Source: Lama glama
Lineage: Eukaryota
Length of the DNA stretch: 64,000 bases
Assembly (NCBI GenBank): GCA_028534125.1
Contig: CM052832.1
Coordinates: 23,996,001 to 24,060,000 of the forward strand
Reading direction: 5' to 3'
The notes beneath the pieces are model-generated. The model had not been told where the DNA came from. It saw nothing but the letters and a program-made list of their open reading frames with translations, and searched no databases. A program made the position numbers and the translations under genes. Below, piece by piece: positions 14,192-27,999 of the stretch (within the stretch, counting starts at the first letter, position 1; each line of letters starts with the position of its first letter).

Positions 14192-14372
14192 GCAGTGGTT
14201 CTCAACCTTGGCTGTGCTTTGAAATCCTCAGGAGATGCTCTCAAAAACCCTGATGTCAGGTCTTACCCCAGAGACTCTGATTTAATTGGTGTGTGGAATG
14301 GGCTGAGGACTGGGAATTTTAAGAGCTCCCCAGATGATTCTAATGTGCCATCAGTGTGGGGAACAACTGATT
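14192..14372. mobile_element. MER5A-like hAT MITE
   Basis: cagtggttctcaacctt...agctccccagatgattctaatgtgc...ggaacaactg. Confidence 0.8.
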
Positions 14373-16351
14373 TCAGGAATAAATTCTCCTCCCAAGTGCA
14401 GAAATGGCAGCATCAGTCCTCTGAGGTAGAGGGCAGCAAGAAGGAAGAGGGTAACACAAAGACACCTCCTGGGGATTGCCTGGAACCACATGGCAACAAC
14501 TTGGTTACCTGGTTTTACCTACTGAGCTGTCTAGGGCGAGAATAGAACATTATGGGGATTTTCCTGGCCTGCTAGTTGAAATGAGTGAAAGGAAGAGTTT
14601 GAGGACATTAGGAAAGTTCCAGAAACAAACTTTACCTCTGCCACTGGCTTACAAACTATCACAAAACACAAACACTTCACAAAATGGGAGATAGATTAAG
14701 AATATATGGAACATGTTTAACTTCAATAGTAATTATATGAGTGCAAATGAACATTTCTTCCCTCATAATTATAATAAAAGTTATTTTAATGATACTCAGT
14801 GTTAGGGAGAGAGTGAAACAGATCTTCAGTTGACTAAATTAATTTTGTAAAATCAATTGAGCAGCTTGGATCAAGAATGATAAAAATGCTTACCATTTGA
14901 CCACCTAATTTCCCTTCTGAGAATCTAAGGAAACAGTTTACAATATGGGAAAATCTACATGGACAAAGATATTCATTATGGTTATCCCTAATAGTGCAAT
15001 ATCAGAAATTGCCATATACATATATATATATATCTCCACTGGGTGGAATATTATGCAGCCATTATCAAATGGATAGAAATGAAAATGTTTCACTTAAAAA
15101 CTGTTATGCTCTAAAGCTCTAAAGCTAAGTAAATCATAATATGCTATTTGTAAACTGTGATTTCAGTGGGGTTTTTTAAAAAGTCAGCTGGGACATCTTC
15201 AATTCCAAAAAAAATTCTTCTCCAGGAAGGACCGCTATTCTGACACACCAAATATTTGCTGTCTCTATTGACTGGCCTGTGATGGTGCAATTTGGGCTTC
15301 AGGTCTTTGATCTTTGAGATAGCTGTTAGTTCTTTTCATCAGAGGTTACTATGGGTACAGACTCTTTTTTAAAAAGCTATCTATCTTGTACCTTCTTAGG
15401 AGAGCCAGAGATTAATAAAAGGGGAGGAACCCAAATCCAATGGAAATTCTCTGTTTGCACAGGGGAGAGGAGAAAGAAGCCCATTCCATTCATCTTTTAG
15501 GGGACCTATTCCTTCAGACTAGATTTATAAATGCTCTTAAATTAAAGGGGCATACCAATCACCTTAAAAAAGCAGTTTGGGGGCATAGTACATTACCAGC
15601 TGACCAGAGTCTCCAACCTGAGCAGTGGTAAAAAATAACCAAGTAGGAAAGAGGATGAACAAGAAAGAGGATTGCTACAAAGTGAATAAGAATCATCTCG
15701 CAAATCCACATGACATTTTCGGAATTTACATGGATATTGGCGCTTTGGAGGAGAATCAGTTACGTATGGAAAGGAGAGCTGTTGCTCAACACGGAGGCCA
15801 CAGTTCATTTTTCTGCTGATGACCCCAGCCAGTGCTCTGAGGTTGTACGTCCCGCAGAAAGTGCCACAGCCAATCCACCACCAATCAGTGAGACACGTGG
15901 AGCTCAGTGCGGGTTTGGTTGCGGTGGAGTACCCGTACTCTCTTATCCACTTATTATGGAAAGTTATTAACCTCTTATTTAAGACGTGATTTAGTCCACT
16001 TCGTGGTCCGAAGGCTAAAGTAAAAAGCAGGCTCTGATAGGATGCCTTTCTCTCTTTTGTTTTTTTCCTCAAGGAAAAAAAGGAGTTTTGTTGTCTCTCC
16101 TAACTGAAAATTCCAAAGGTATACTGTTTCAGGTATAACTTGACACAGGGGTTCAAAGGATGCTCATAAATATCAGTCTTTGTCCCCATCTTTCGACTTT
16201 CATCTCCTCTTTGTTGAACCAGGATTCCTTTCCATCAGAGAGGATGGAAACCCTACTAACCAGATAAGCAGCAACCTTCAGAGTGAGGTGAAAAATGGTG
16301 GCTATTTGGACCTTAGGACGCTATCTATCTATCTTTCTGTTTATCTATCTG

Positions 16352-16680
16352 TCATTGTGGTAAAAGAAACAACAAAATTTACTGTGTAACCATTTTTTAA
16401 GTGTACATTGGTATTAAGTATATTCACACTGTTGTGATCTTTAGAACTTTCATCTTGCAAAACTGAAGCTCTGTCTATGCCCATCGAACAAGCACTCCCA
16501 TTTCTCCCTCCCCACAGCTCCTGGCAACCATCATTCTGCTTTCCGTTTCTGTGAGTGTGACTCTTTAGGTGCCTCAACTAAGTGGAATCAGACAGTACTT
16601 GTCTTTCTGTGACTGCCTTAGACAATGTCCTCAAGGTTGATCCATGTTGCATCGTGTGTCAGAATTTCCTTTTTTAAGAC
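16352..16680 (-). mobile_element. L1 (L1MB-like) 3' fragment
   Basis: tagaactttcatcttgcaaaactgaagctctg...cctggcaaccatcattctgctttc. Confidence 0.75.
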
Positions 16681-18149
16681 TCATAAGTCTCTGTATTTTT
16701 TGATTATTTGCTTCCTGCAGCCTATGAGTTTGTTCATTGCCTAAAAGCCTTGCACGTTCACAGCATAAAGCCCAACCACTGAGCAGTAACTTGAGCTTTT
16801 CCAGCAGCCTCTCCCTCCCGTCCACATCTCTGGCTCAGGCACACCAAACATTTCTGTGTGCTGCCACCAGGCCACATTCCTTCACACTTGCAGTCTTTGC
16901 AGACACAAGTCTCTCCCTGGAGAGATTCTCCTATTTCTACATTGGGTAGACTCCCACTCATCAGTCAAGATTCTGCTTAAATGTCACTGTCTCCATGAAA
17001 CCATCACAGGATCCTGCAGAATTATAGTTTCTCTCTCCTCTGTGCTCTCATTTGGAATGCAGCACATTGGGTTTTGATCATCTGTTTGCATATTTAGTGC
17101 ATCGTGAGCCTCTTAAATAAAGCTAAATTTTCTTCTGTTTAATCCCTTGCTCTCTGTATCCCTAAGACCTAGCACAAAAGACATGCTAGATTAACACTCA
17201 CTGAATGAAATGCTAGATAGTTAAGGACAAACTACATAGGCAAAGAATTGGTTGACTTTTTCTTTAAAGCATAAAAGTACTTAAAATGAAAAGGTAGGTT
17301 TAACCACCATCTAAAGAGGAATTCTATCTGTTAGCTAGATCTGGAAACTGTTTGCAAGGCTGGACACAATGGAAAACATACAGATTTCCATAAAGAATTT
17401 CCTTAGACCACTGTACTCTCTACACGGGAAGTAATATCACGGTCTCCATTCCTTACCCCGACATCCCCCAAAGAGCTTAGCATTTAAAACCTGATTGGCA
17501 CAAAAGAGAATTTGGGTGTGGTCTCTCTCTGCTGAGCAATAAAATTATTTCATCTGACAAGAAACAAAACAAAACAAAACAAAAATAGCTTAATAACACC
17601 CATCACATTTGAAATATAGGACACATTGTAATTTGGAGGATAGAGACTTAATGTTCTTCTTGTTTTATTAAGATTAATGCAAGTATTTTAGGGCTTAAAG
17701 ACACTTAAGTGGCCACAGGAGAAATTTAATGTGGTTCACAAAAATAATTACAGTCATCTCTTCTCAGGTTTCTAAAATGTTGGCTAGGCTGAGGAAATCC
17801 TAAATTTATAGATGATTCTAAGGGTGAAGATGTTTTTCTGTCACTGGATGGTATTTTATAAAACATGTCATTGCGTTCAGCCTTGCAGAATTTATGCCAT
17901 TAGGAGTTGTACATTCAGATAAAAGCTGGTGAAGGAAAGGGGATTGTTGGCAGGGCATGTATCGTAAATGATTTACAAAAGCACGTGAGTTGGTTTGTTC
18001 TGAGTTTCACTCTTCCCTTTCAATAAAACCTTGACCGAGGGCTTGGAGATCTGACTGTGCTTACACTTTAGAAGGGCAAAGTACCATAAGTCAATAGCAG
18101 AAATATTCTGGGATCCAAACACTGATTCCATGTAGAGTAATCATTCATG

Positions 18150-18830
18150 TAAGCATTCATTCAACAAGATTTCACTCAAGTTCAGCCACTAATCAGACAT
18201 TCTTGTTGGCCTAGAGGATACAGCAGTAAATAAAACAGACACAAGTCTCTGCCCACATGGATCCTGCACTCTAGTTGGGGAGATTAGGTTAAAACAAACA
18301 AAAAAAACCCAAATATGTATGTTTATGTGTTTTGTGTGTAAATCACTCTGGAGAACAATAAACCTGGCAGCAGGCTGGGGAACCATGGGAGTTTTCAACC
18401 AGGTGGTCAGGGGAGAGCTTATTGGTGGAAGAGTGACCAATCAGGTGTCTGGGGGAGGAGCCTCCCAGGCAGCGGGAACAAGGGGTACGGAGGCTCTGCA
18501 GTGGGATCTGCTGCGCCGAAGGAGCAGCGAGGAGCTAGTGGGGCTGGAGCCCAGTGAATGAGAAGGGTAGTGTTAGAAGAGGAGATCCAAAAGAACAGCA
18601 ATGGGGGGGAGAGGGGGAGCTGGTCTTGTAAACAACCGTCATTATTTTGGCTTGTACTCTGGGAGATCAGTCTGTGTAATGCTGATTAGAAGAGCGACAC
18701 GAACTCTTCTGTGTCTTAACAGGGTCAGTCTGGCCTCTGTCTTCAGAATTGGCTGAAGGGAGGCAGGGCAGAAGCAGGGAGATGAATTAAGAGGATTGGA
18801 GGGTTATGGCAACAATCCAGGAGAGAGACA
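18150..18830 (-). mobile_element. LINE-2 3' fragment
   Basis: cattcattcaacaagattt...gatacagcagtaaataaaacagac. Confidence 0.7.
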
Positions 18831-18856
18831 CATGTTGACCTCTATCAACTATCCTT

Positions 18857-18875
18857 TAGCGCCACCTGCTGGACA
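18857..18875 (-). promoter_or_regulatory. CTCF core motif
   Basis: Minus strand TGTCCAGCAGGTGGCGCTA, a near-perfect consensus. Confidence 0.75.
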
Positions 18876-19441
18876 CTGGCCAAAGTAAATAACAACAGAA
18901 GGAGGAGGAACCCTTTAAGGAAAGTCCTTGTGATTAAAAAAATTCCACAGCAGGTGGAAAATAAAAAAGTCCTTAGTGTACTGTGATTAATTAGATAGTC
19001 ACTTTGCAATTTCATCAGAAGTAATTAATCAATTTCACTAAGCTTGGTTTCTGAAATATCTAGAATATCTAGGGAAAAAAATAGAAGAACAAAAGAGGTT
19101 GTATAAAGGGGGAAGCAGAATTTGAGGAAGACTGAAAAATAGGTACTCAAAGGGATAAAAAAGAAGGAATGGAGATGAGATAGAAGAATTGTGTAATTAT
19201 CCTGTACTTTGTCCTTTGGGGGATATACTATCCATTTAAAATATAATTTAAATATTAAAAAAATTTTTTGATGTGTACATGTGTTTCTCCTTCCCCCATA
19301 GGTTAAAGTTTTCTGCAGTCAAGTCTCTCATCTTACACGTTACTCATAACACTGTGTCTAGGACAGGGCCTGAGGAGGAGAAAATTATTAATATTCACCA
19401 AAGATTTGAGTAAGAAGAAGCAATCAAAAGTAAAGCTGGTT

Positions 19442-19705
19442 TAAAAAGACTCACAGAAAGAGAACAGACTAGTGGTTATCAGTGGGGACAGGGAAGTGGG
19501 GAGGGGCAAGGTAGGGAGTGAGGAATTAAGAGATACAAACTACTATGCATAAAATAGATATGCATATATTGTACAGCACAGGGAAATATGGCCTTTATTT
19601 TGTAATAACTTTAAATGGAGTAAGATCTATAAAAATACTGAATCACTATGTTGTATACCTGAAACTAATATAGTATTGTCGATCAACTATACTTCTGTTA
19701 AAAAG
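19442..19705 (+). mobile_element. Artiodactyl-type L1 3' end with target-site duplication
   Basis: Flanks are agtaaagctggtt (19429-19441) and agtaaagatggtt (19706-19718). Confidence 0.82.
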
Positions 19706-21779
19706 AGTAAAGATGGTTATACAGCAATGTGAATATACTTATTACCAAACTGTACACTTAAAATGTTAAGATGGTACATTTTATCTTACATTTTTTTTAA
19801 CCCACAACTAAAACTTTTCTAAAAATTTTAAAATGGCGAATGAAGTGTCCTTGTGGTGATGGAAATATCCTAGATCTTGACTGAACTGATGTGAATATCC
19901 TGGTTGTGATACTGTAGTACAGTTTTGCAAGATGTTATCAAGGGGGAATGCTGGGTAAGGGCACATAGGACCTCTCTGTATTATTTCTTACAACTACAAA
20001 TAAAAAGTTTAATTACAAAGAGTGTATAAGAAATATGACTTGGTATTGAAAACAAACTGCTCAAAGACAAAAGCATGAAGAAATTAGACATTGAAAGAAT
20101 TGAAAAATTGGTCTGAAGTTCTTGTGTAGCTTTTTCAAATTCAACCGAGTTGAAAGCTAACTATTTGAATCCCTTGGTGATGAATAGTTGGCAGGAGCAG
20201 TATCAGAAGACGATCAGAACCAAATCTAGTGGCTTGGGAGACGATGGGCTTCGTAATTTTAAGTTTTTGGTAGAAAATCTTAAAATAGCTTTCTTACGTG
20301 AAATAGTCATAATAAAGAAAACCATGTAACAGTATGAAAAATTCAACATACGCTATTAGCCAAATGAATCCAGCATCACATTAAAATAATAACACCTCAT
20401 GACTGCAGTTTACATTGTCACTCGCCTGTCCAGCACCCATCTGCCCTTCTCTCTTCTGAATGGAACCCAACTTCATTCAGGTATCCACCACTTCCCAACA
20501 TCTCTCCAGGAAAGCAGTCCCATTACCAACTTCAAGGGGGGATTTGATTGTTCTAAAGGTGACTCCTGTTCCCTCGACAGCGGCTGGCCCAGGGATTGGC
20601 ATGGACATGATCCAGGCCTACGGAATGCCAAGGGACACTTTCAGGGTTCTTTAGGAAGTTTCCTCCTTGCTTTTATGGGACAGCTTCCTGAAATGACTCT
20701 CTTGTGCCAAAGGTAAGTGAGGAAGCACGTAGCCCCAACTGCTACTGAAAACCATTCCATGACCTCAGGGAGTACCTGCTTTAGAATCATTCTGATGTTG
20801 TGGGTAGAATAATAAGAGACAGAAAAACCTGGATCCAGGATGACTGCTGAGCACTGGACCCACACACGACGGACTTGTCTTGCCTTTTCTATTCTGATTA
20901 TATACATCAATACATTTTTAATTGTTTAAATTGGTACAAGTTGGACTACATTGGTGCAAGTTGGACTTTATTATTTTTAAGTGAAAGCATCATAAAAGAT
21001 AAAATGACTTGGTTGAGGGTTTATTTTAGGAGTGACAGTGTTGGCAAAGATGCTGGTATAATTCATCCCCTCAGTAGGTCAGAGGAGAAAAACAACATGA
21101 CCATTCTGAAATATATATATGCTATAATTATATATAGAGAAGAAGCATTTGGAAAAGTTCAAAATACATTTTGGGTTAGAGATTCTGAGAATAGTAAATG
21201 CTTGCAAGCCCTCTCAGAGGATGCAGAGGTATCTGGGGAATGCAGGGGTCTGAATATGACCGTCTCTTTCCCTTTACTCCCAACTCCAATCTAGATGGGC
21301 CTCCTGAACCAGACAATTGCTGGGCTCTACAGGAAGCTGGATGAAAGCAAGGTTTTAGGTTTAGCTGGACTTCTGCAGAGAGAACCAGCGTAGGGCTTTC
21401 TGTCCCAAGGGTAGGATGATTGCCTGGATACCAGTCTCAGGGAGCTCAGGATTGACAATGGTGGATCGTGGGAAGAATGTAGCTTTCAGAGACAAAGGGA
21501 ATCCTGGTGAAAATCACCATCCTCCCTGAGAAAACATGCCTCGTTCCCGGGCTGCCATGGTGCTCAGAAGGTGAAAGGGTGAGCTAACCCACCCTGCCCA
21601 TACGGCTGGAAAGTGCCCTGAGACCAGCATCAGGGCGCCTCCTTCATGCACGACAGTGGGGGTGGCAGCTGGACTTCAACATGTGAAGCTCCCTGGAATG
21701 GGGACTGGCTTACCTCCTGCCTCCTGTGACTGCTGCTCTTGCGAGTATTTAAGCACACGGGTGCTCTGATCAGACATCC

Positions 21780-22600
21780 AGCAACAACAAATCCCATCTA
21801 AGGAAAATCAAAGACAGGATGACAAGCTGTAACAGATAAAAGACAAGCCCAAGGAAGAGAAGCTGCTGGAGAAGATGGACAATAATTCAGTGAAGGGGAA
21901 AAAAGGCCAAATACAGGGGAGTCATGGGCAGCACAGAAAGACTTTATGATATTAAAAAACATAATTTACCAATTAAGCAATTCCCAAGACATAGAAGTTT
22001 ACTCTCAAGAGCCAATTTAGTAGCCTTGGGAAAGCAAGTCTAAGAAACAGCTCAGCGACCAGAGGGAAAAAATGTGTTTCAGTGGTGAGGATCAGACACT
22101 TGGAGAAGAGGCCTAAATGCCTGATTCTTTACTAGGGCTCCAGGAAGACAGGAAATTTTTAAAAAATAATAAGAGAAAATTTCTGTAAGTTGAATAGATA
22201 TTGGTGGCCTGCAGATTGAAAGGGGGGTACCCATTTTCAGACTGCATGACTGAGGAAGGAGACAGACACATCAAGGAGAATCCCCATGAAATTCCTGGAT
22301 TCAAAAAAGAAAGGGAAAGTCATAGAGCTGTCAGATCAAAAGAACGAATCACTTCCCAAAGATGAAGAATCGCTGGGCTTCTCATATGGAACACTAGAAG
22401 CTGGAACACAGGAGACTCAAATCTACAGACTCCGGGAGAGAAAGGAACAAGCCACAGTTCTACACCCAGCCAAAGCGTCCCCTCTCACGTGGTGAAGGAA
22501 TCTGAGAGTATGTAGGAATTCAGAGAGTGTGTTACTTAAGTGTCCCCAAACGAGGGATTCTTCTCGAGCAAATGCTCTAACCAGAACACAAACCCGAGCA
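21780..22600 (+). mobile_element. Decayed L1/HAL1 ORF1 remnant
   Basis: Fragments translate to ORF1p-like motifs (MKFLDSKKKGKVI; FSYGTLEAG; VLHPAK), compared with L1 ORF1p ...DFS.ETL.ARR...I.YPAKLSF. Confidence 0.65.
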
Positions 22601-22942
22601 GACTTCAAGACAGGGCAAGGGGAAGGCAGCAGGAAACAGGGATGAGTTTTGCAACTGGAGATATTTACAACTGTACTATACCCACATCCACTTCCCTAAA
22701 TGAATAAAGGTAGACTTCAGGGGAATCTGTACATAAGTGCAAATGTGGACTCTTGGAACAAAAGAGCATGTTCTATGGCTCATTTAACAGGTGTTTTGTG
22801 CTGGTCTCAGGCCATCAGTAGTGATGCCACTGGCCAGGAACACCTGAGGACACTCACTCGGACACCAGCCAATTCCCACAGACGTTTCCCCTTTTGGAAC
22901 CAATGTTCTGGCTGGACCCGCCCTTGTGGTTCTTGTTCTGAC

Positions 22943-23397
22943 TGTAAGATACACTTCAGCAATAAGCATCAGGGAACGCTGGAAGAGCAGGGTTTATTAC
23001 TCGCAAATCCTAAAGGGTACACAGCACCCCTGGGGCTGAGCAGCAAGGTCGTGGGTCAAGAGAGAGCACGTGAGCTCGGGGTCTGTTTAGGGGGGTTGAA
23101 TGGAGGGTGTCTAGGATTTCGCTGCTTTGCTCTTTATTGAATTTAAAACAAAAGAGCAGGAATTAAAGCAGGGGAAGGGGAAAAATAAGAGGTCACAAGG
23201 TCAGTGATCTAAGTCAAGCAGAGATCTCTAAAAGAAAGGAAACCTGGGAGGAGGGCAGCCTGGCTCTTGATCTAACTATGTCGCCGACAATCTGTCTATT
23301 CGAGATGGATGTCTTTGAAGGAGATGCCTTGGCAATCAAAAGCTTAATGTCAGGCACTTGCAACACAATTTTAAAAAGAAGCCGTCAGGTGCTTACA
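22943..23397 (-). mobile_element. Solo ERV LTR (~455 bp)
   Basis: Terminal inverted ends tgtaag...cttaca, a minus-strand AATAAA near 23133, and flanks tgac/ggac consistent with a diverged 4-bp duplication. Confidence 0.7.
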
Positions 23398-24997
23398 GGA
23401 CACCATATTAACCAGAAGTACCAGATTGTCTCAGAAAACCTGGGAACTGTAGTGAGGTGGTAGTGACTCAAATCATTTCAAAGCTTTCAATTTAAGACCA
23501 AGGGAAGGAAAAAAAAACACAAACAGAAGAATATCGCATGATCTTGTTGATGCGATGTTGGGGGTGGGGAGAAGAGTTCGTGAAGCAGCCCCTCTTGGGG
23601 AGGGCGTGAGCAGCCTGGTTGCTGGGAAGTTGAGGGGGCGGGCACTGTGAGGGCTCCCCTCCGAGCATGTCCTCACACTGGCCTCGGAAGTGCTGTCTAG
23701 ACAGGCTCCGAAATGCTCCTTGATCCTGTGAATCTGGAGGCTTTTATTAGACTAAGTGACGTGAAATTGTCAATGACTGCGCCGTCTTTAACCTACCATT
23801 TCTATATTATAGCGAGCGTACTGTACAGTTTTGTCCAAGCCAAGACACCAAGGCCGTCTGCCAAGAACATCCCTCTGCTCCTTTGCTGTGCAGTAGGTGG
23901 TGCTGGAAACATTAGTCTTTCTAGCAACTGACTGGCAGGCCAACAATTGTTCATCTTGGGCTGAGGACTAAGGGCCAAATGAATCTCTTGACCTCAGCTG
24001 CAGCTGATAATTACTCATTTGTTTTTTCTGGTATGGATTTCTCGCATTCAGGCTGCACAGATTTTAACAAGTCTGGGAGGACAAAGGAATAAACAGTCCC
24101 TCCTTGGAGAATTAAATAAATGGTTCCAAGTATTCTGGGCTAATGGAACACAGAATGTTCCTGTGGCAATGGCACTGTCCTGCACTGTCAACTTCTCTGC
24201 AATAGTAGACACAAGACCCAAAATGAAAATTTCTATGTTATAGAACTTATGAGATGAAGTTGAAGACTAATTTAATAAGCTGGCATGTTGGTGTTGACTG
24301 TGGGATTGTTTACAATAACTTATTGATAAACTGAAAATGACCAAAACCACCAAAAGACATTGCTTACATAGATAATAACATCTTTCAACTTCTTAAAAAT
24401 TACAAACCCCTTAAGCAGTTTTAAAAATACTTTCAGCAATTTTGAATGGCATGTGAGAAAAAAAAAACACCCTGATTTTAAATTTAAAACATTAAAAAAT
24501 TTTTGGTCAATATATTAAAAATTATGTCAGAAAATTTATTAAAAATACAACAGATGAATCATGTGTGGGAGATTATTAGTTAATAAAAAAGGCAATTAGG
24601 CAGGGAGTCTTGAGAAACAGTGCTTACATACCCTAAATATTGTTTTAACTTAAAACAGTTACATATACCTTCATTTGAAAATACTTTGATGTAACACCAA
24701 GGCACGGTCCGGATTCCTACAAAAGCCCCATCCATCATGCAATGTCTACAATTGCAGTTTTAATGTCCTTGAATTGGAGGGTGAAATTTGTACATTTTTA
24801 AGAAAACATATGAGTCTAGAACCTTCGAAGTTTTTTATACACTGTTGCCTATTTCTTTATAGATGACATTTTTTAAAAAAGCTATTCAAAATTAAATATA
24901 ATAGCTGGTTATTGGGCTGCACCCCGCAGGCCTGCAAGCCTTGAGGTTGCCCAGACTCTAGATGGAAGAAAGAGCCTTCAAACAGCAACAGAGACAT

Positions 24998-25334
24998 CGT
25001 CGGGTTTGGGAAAAACAGGGGAAACTTACGAGTCTGAAGCAAAAGGTCCCAGAGCGACACCCCGCCAGGTACAGCAGACGGCAGGCAGGACACGGCAGCA
25101 GTCTCCGCTACTCAGGGGAGAAGGAGGCTGCCGTTTACACGGGGAGTGACGTCAGGCTGGCCCATCAGTTACCAGGGAAACCAGCAGAGGGGCTGGGGGG
25201 CAAGCACTAGGCGGTTACTGATTAAGCTCTTTACCTAAGAGGACTGTATAGTTGTGTCAGTGAAGCAGGGACTGGCCGAACAGGGGATGGACAGAGAACA
25301 AGAGAGCAGCCATCTTGAATGGCCTGACCAGACA
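24998..25334 (-). mobile_element. Probable ERV LTR
   Basis: GC/CpG-rich block. The minus strand starts tgtctggtcaggccattcaagatggctgc (TG start plus YY1-type AAGATGGC, common at LTR 5' ends). Confidence 0.5.
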
Positions 25335-25495
25335 CCAGTACGAAGGGCGTTAATAGTTGTAGATGGGATATAACTGACTCTTGGGAAATGTTCAGCTTGA
25401 CCCTTGGTGGGCAGGGGTATTTGGACCTGCTGGAACGTGGCCTTCTAGTCTCGAATGGGCAGCTTACCGTGGGCACGGCTCTGTAGGCTTACAGA

Positions 25496-25995
25496 NNNNN
25501 NNNNNNNNNNNNNNNNNNNNNNNNNNNNNNNNNNNNNNNNNNNNNNNNNNNNNNNNNNNNNNNNNNNNNNNNNNNNNNNNNNNNNNNNNNNNNNNNNNNN
25601 NNNNNNNNNNNNNNNNNNNNNNNNNNNNNNNNNNNNNNNNNNNNNNNNNNNNNNNNNNNNNNNNNNNNNNNNNNNNNNNNNNNNNNNNNNNNNNNNNNNN
25701 NNNNNNNNNNNNNNNNNNNNNNNNNNNNNNNNNNNNNNNNNNNNNNNNNNNNNNNNNNNNNNNNNNNNNNNNNNNNNNNNNNNNNNNNNNNNNNNNNNNN
25801 NNNNNNNNNNNNNNNNNNNNNNNNNNNNNNNNNNNNNNNNNNNNNNNNNNNNNNNNNNNNNNNNNNNNNNNNNNNNNNNNNNNNNNNNNNNNNNNNNNNN
25901 NNNNNNNNNNNNNNNNNNNNNNNNNNNNNNNNNNNNNNNNNNNNNNNNNNNNNNNNNNNNNNNNNNNNNNNNNNNNNNNNNNNNNNNNNNNNNNN
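25496..25995. other. Assembly gap (500 N)
   Basis: Run of N. The round size suggests a placeholder of unknown true length. Confidence 0.99.
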
Positions 25996-26491
25996 AAGCA
26001 TGGCGGCTGCCTGCCTGCCGAGGTGTTTGGACTGTTGTTAAAGGGGGAACGTTCAAGTTATTTTACTTGCCAATTTATGAAAAACAGAAATGGAAACATG
26101 TGTTACAACTGTCATTAAGGAACAGAATCCCTAGAAACATAACAGGGAAGCTAAAAAATGTTACATCATTAAGAATGATATTGTGGGAGTAGATTTATTT
26201 ACCTGAAAAGATACTGTACATTTGAATAAAGACAAGCAAGTTACAAAACAGATTATGTTGTAGATGGAAAGAAGAGAAAAATGTCAAGGCACCTAAAGCA
26301 AAATGTTTCTAGCAGGATTCTTGGTGGGAGAGGAAAAGGTTGGACTCTTGGTGTTTTTTGATTATATTTTTCAGTGCATATTTCCTATTACATATTATTA
26401 ATGGAATTAAAAAAAAACCAAAGAGGCAGCTATTATTTTTAAGAAGCAAATACAAGTGACACAGAGAGACCATAATGGTCATCTCCCACAC

Positions 26492-26517
26492 TTTATTTCA
26501 AAATAATGCCATTTATT
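26492..26517 (-). terminator. Candidate distal polyadenylation signals (two AATAAA)
   Basis: tttatt at 26492-26497 and 26512-26517, at the end of an AT-rich, apparently repeat-poor tract downstream of STMND1. Confidence 0.2.
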
Positions 26518-27999
26518 GATCTTCTGAGACATAAATTTCACCATCCTACAAGAAGGTGCTGCATATACATGTTATACGTGGGTGCAAAAGTGATCTCTCA
26601 ACTGACACGCCGTAGCATTATACATCTTCAAAATGCAGTATTTACTGTATAATTATGCCTTCAAAGACTAACTATTTATTGATAATAAAATAAACAGAAG
26701 TAGACACAGTCATAAATTGCTGGTCGTCACTATAGCAACACTCTGATAAATTCTATTTTTGTCTTTGTGTTTGCAAAATTACTTTTGCTAACGTAAGACT
26801 CTTACATTGTGTGTATTTGAAATATCTGCAAACTATTTTAAAATACACCTTTTAAATATTCCTTTGAACAATTACAAATCACCCATAAGTTTTTTCCCCC
26901 TTCAATTAAAATGATTATAAAGACACTTAATCTTGTCTTCCTGACTCATAACTTTCTGATGGTGGTGGTTTAGTTTTAATTGAAATACCCTGGTGACTGT
27001 TCAAAACTTTAAGAATGAGAAAAACAATTCTGTTATTTCAGTAGATAAAATAAACATTTTCTCTCTTTCCATCCTGTTAAAATGGATGGTCCTGCTAAGA
27101 AAATACATGGCTTCTCATTTAAGGTGTGTCACTACTTGGCATGTTTATATACAGGAAGAGCCTTTCAAGCCAGGTATATGTGAGAATGCTCACATCTACA
27201 TTATACATATATTTAACTCAATAAACGTGTCTTCTAAGCCTCTATAAAGAGCATATGCAAGAGCGTAAGTTTCCAAGAGAAAGTATTATTGGGGTACTTG
27301 GCAAATTTGAGGATCAATTTACCTGACAACAATGACTATAAATTTGCACTGAATGTATTTTTTGGTCATTTAAATTTTATTATTTGCAGAGATCTGAATG
27401 ATACTCCAGCTTTTCCTAACTGTCCCAGTACAATCATTTCGTACCAGTAAATCATCAGTTACTCTAATATTTTACAAGACTGGCCACAAGATCAACTCCA
27501 TAGAAAAACCTGTGGACAGATGAAAATGATCGTGTGACCCACAGAGGATTTTATATAAATAATATGCTATAAAGATTGTGGCGTATTCTACACAGTACTT
27601 TTAAACACATTATGTCATTGGGTACAATGCCATGAGAATGGCGATCCAAAATTAACATATAAGGCAATGGAGGCCCAGGGAGCCTACAGGACTTTCCAAG
27701 GTACCGCTATATGATGTAGACTTTGATTCTTAAAGGTTTTGGTTCTGGAATGAGTTTTGAAAGAACTCTACTACTGCCGTCATACCTCGCTGGCTGCAGG
27801 AGTCCTCAGTCCTACAGGCTACAGAATACACGAGGCATTTATTTGCAGCATCACAAAGGGAATGTATAACGTGTTTAGGAGGTGCCCAGCAGTCTTCAGC
27901 TCCCATCAGCCCTGCCCCCAGCCACTGGTTCCCAGAGAAACAAGCCATCTCTTGGGGCTGTCCTCCTGCTTCTGAAGGATGGCTGAATATATAGATTCA

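Noticed and set aside
22820..22860. DATGQEHLRTLT resembling the Rab motif DTAGQERFRT
   Set aside because: No other GTPase motifs nearby, so likely a chance match.
23398..24997. Possible proviral interior between two LTRs
   Set aside because: The two LTR-like elements are not similar to each other and I saw no gag, pol or env motifs.
25381..26192. Long ORFs crossing the first gap (likewise 44901-45588)
   Set aside because: Artefacts of translating N runs.
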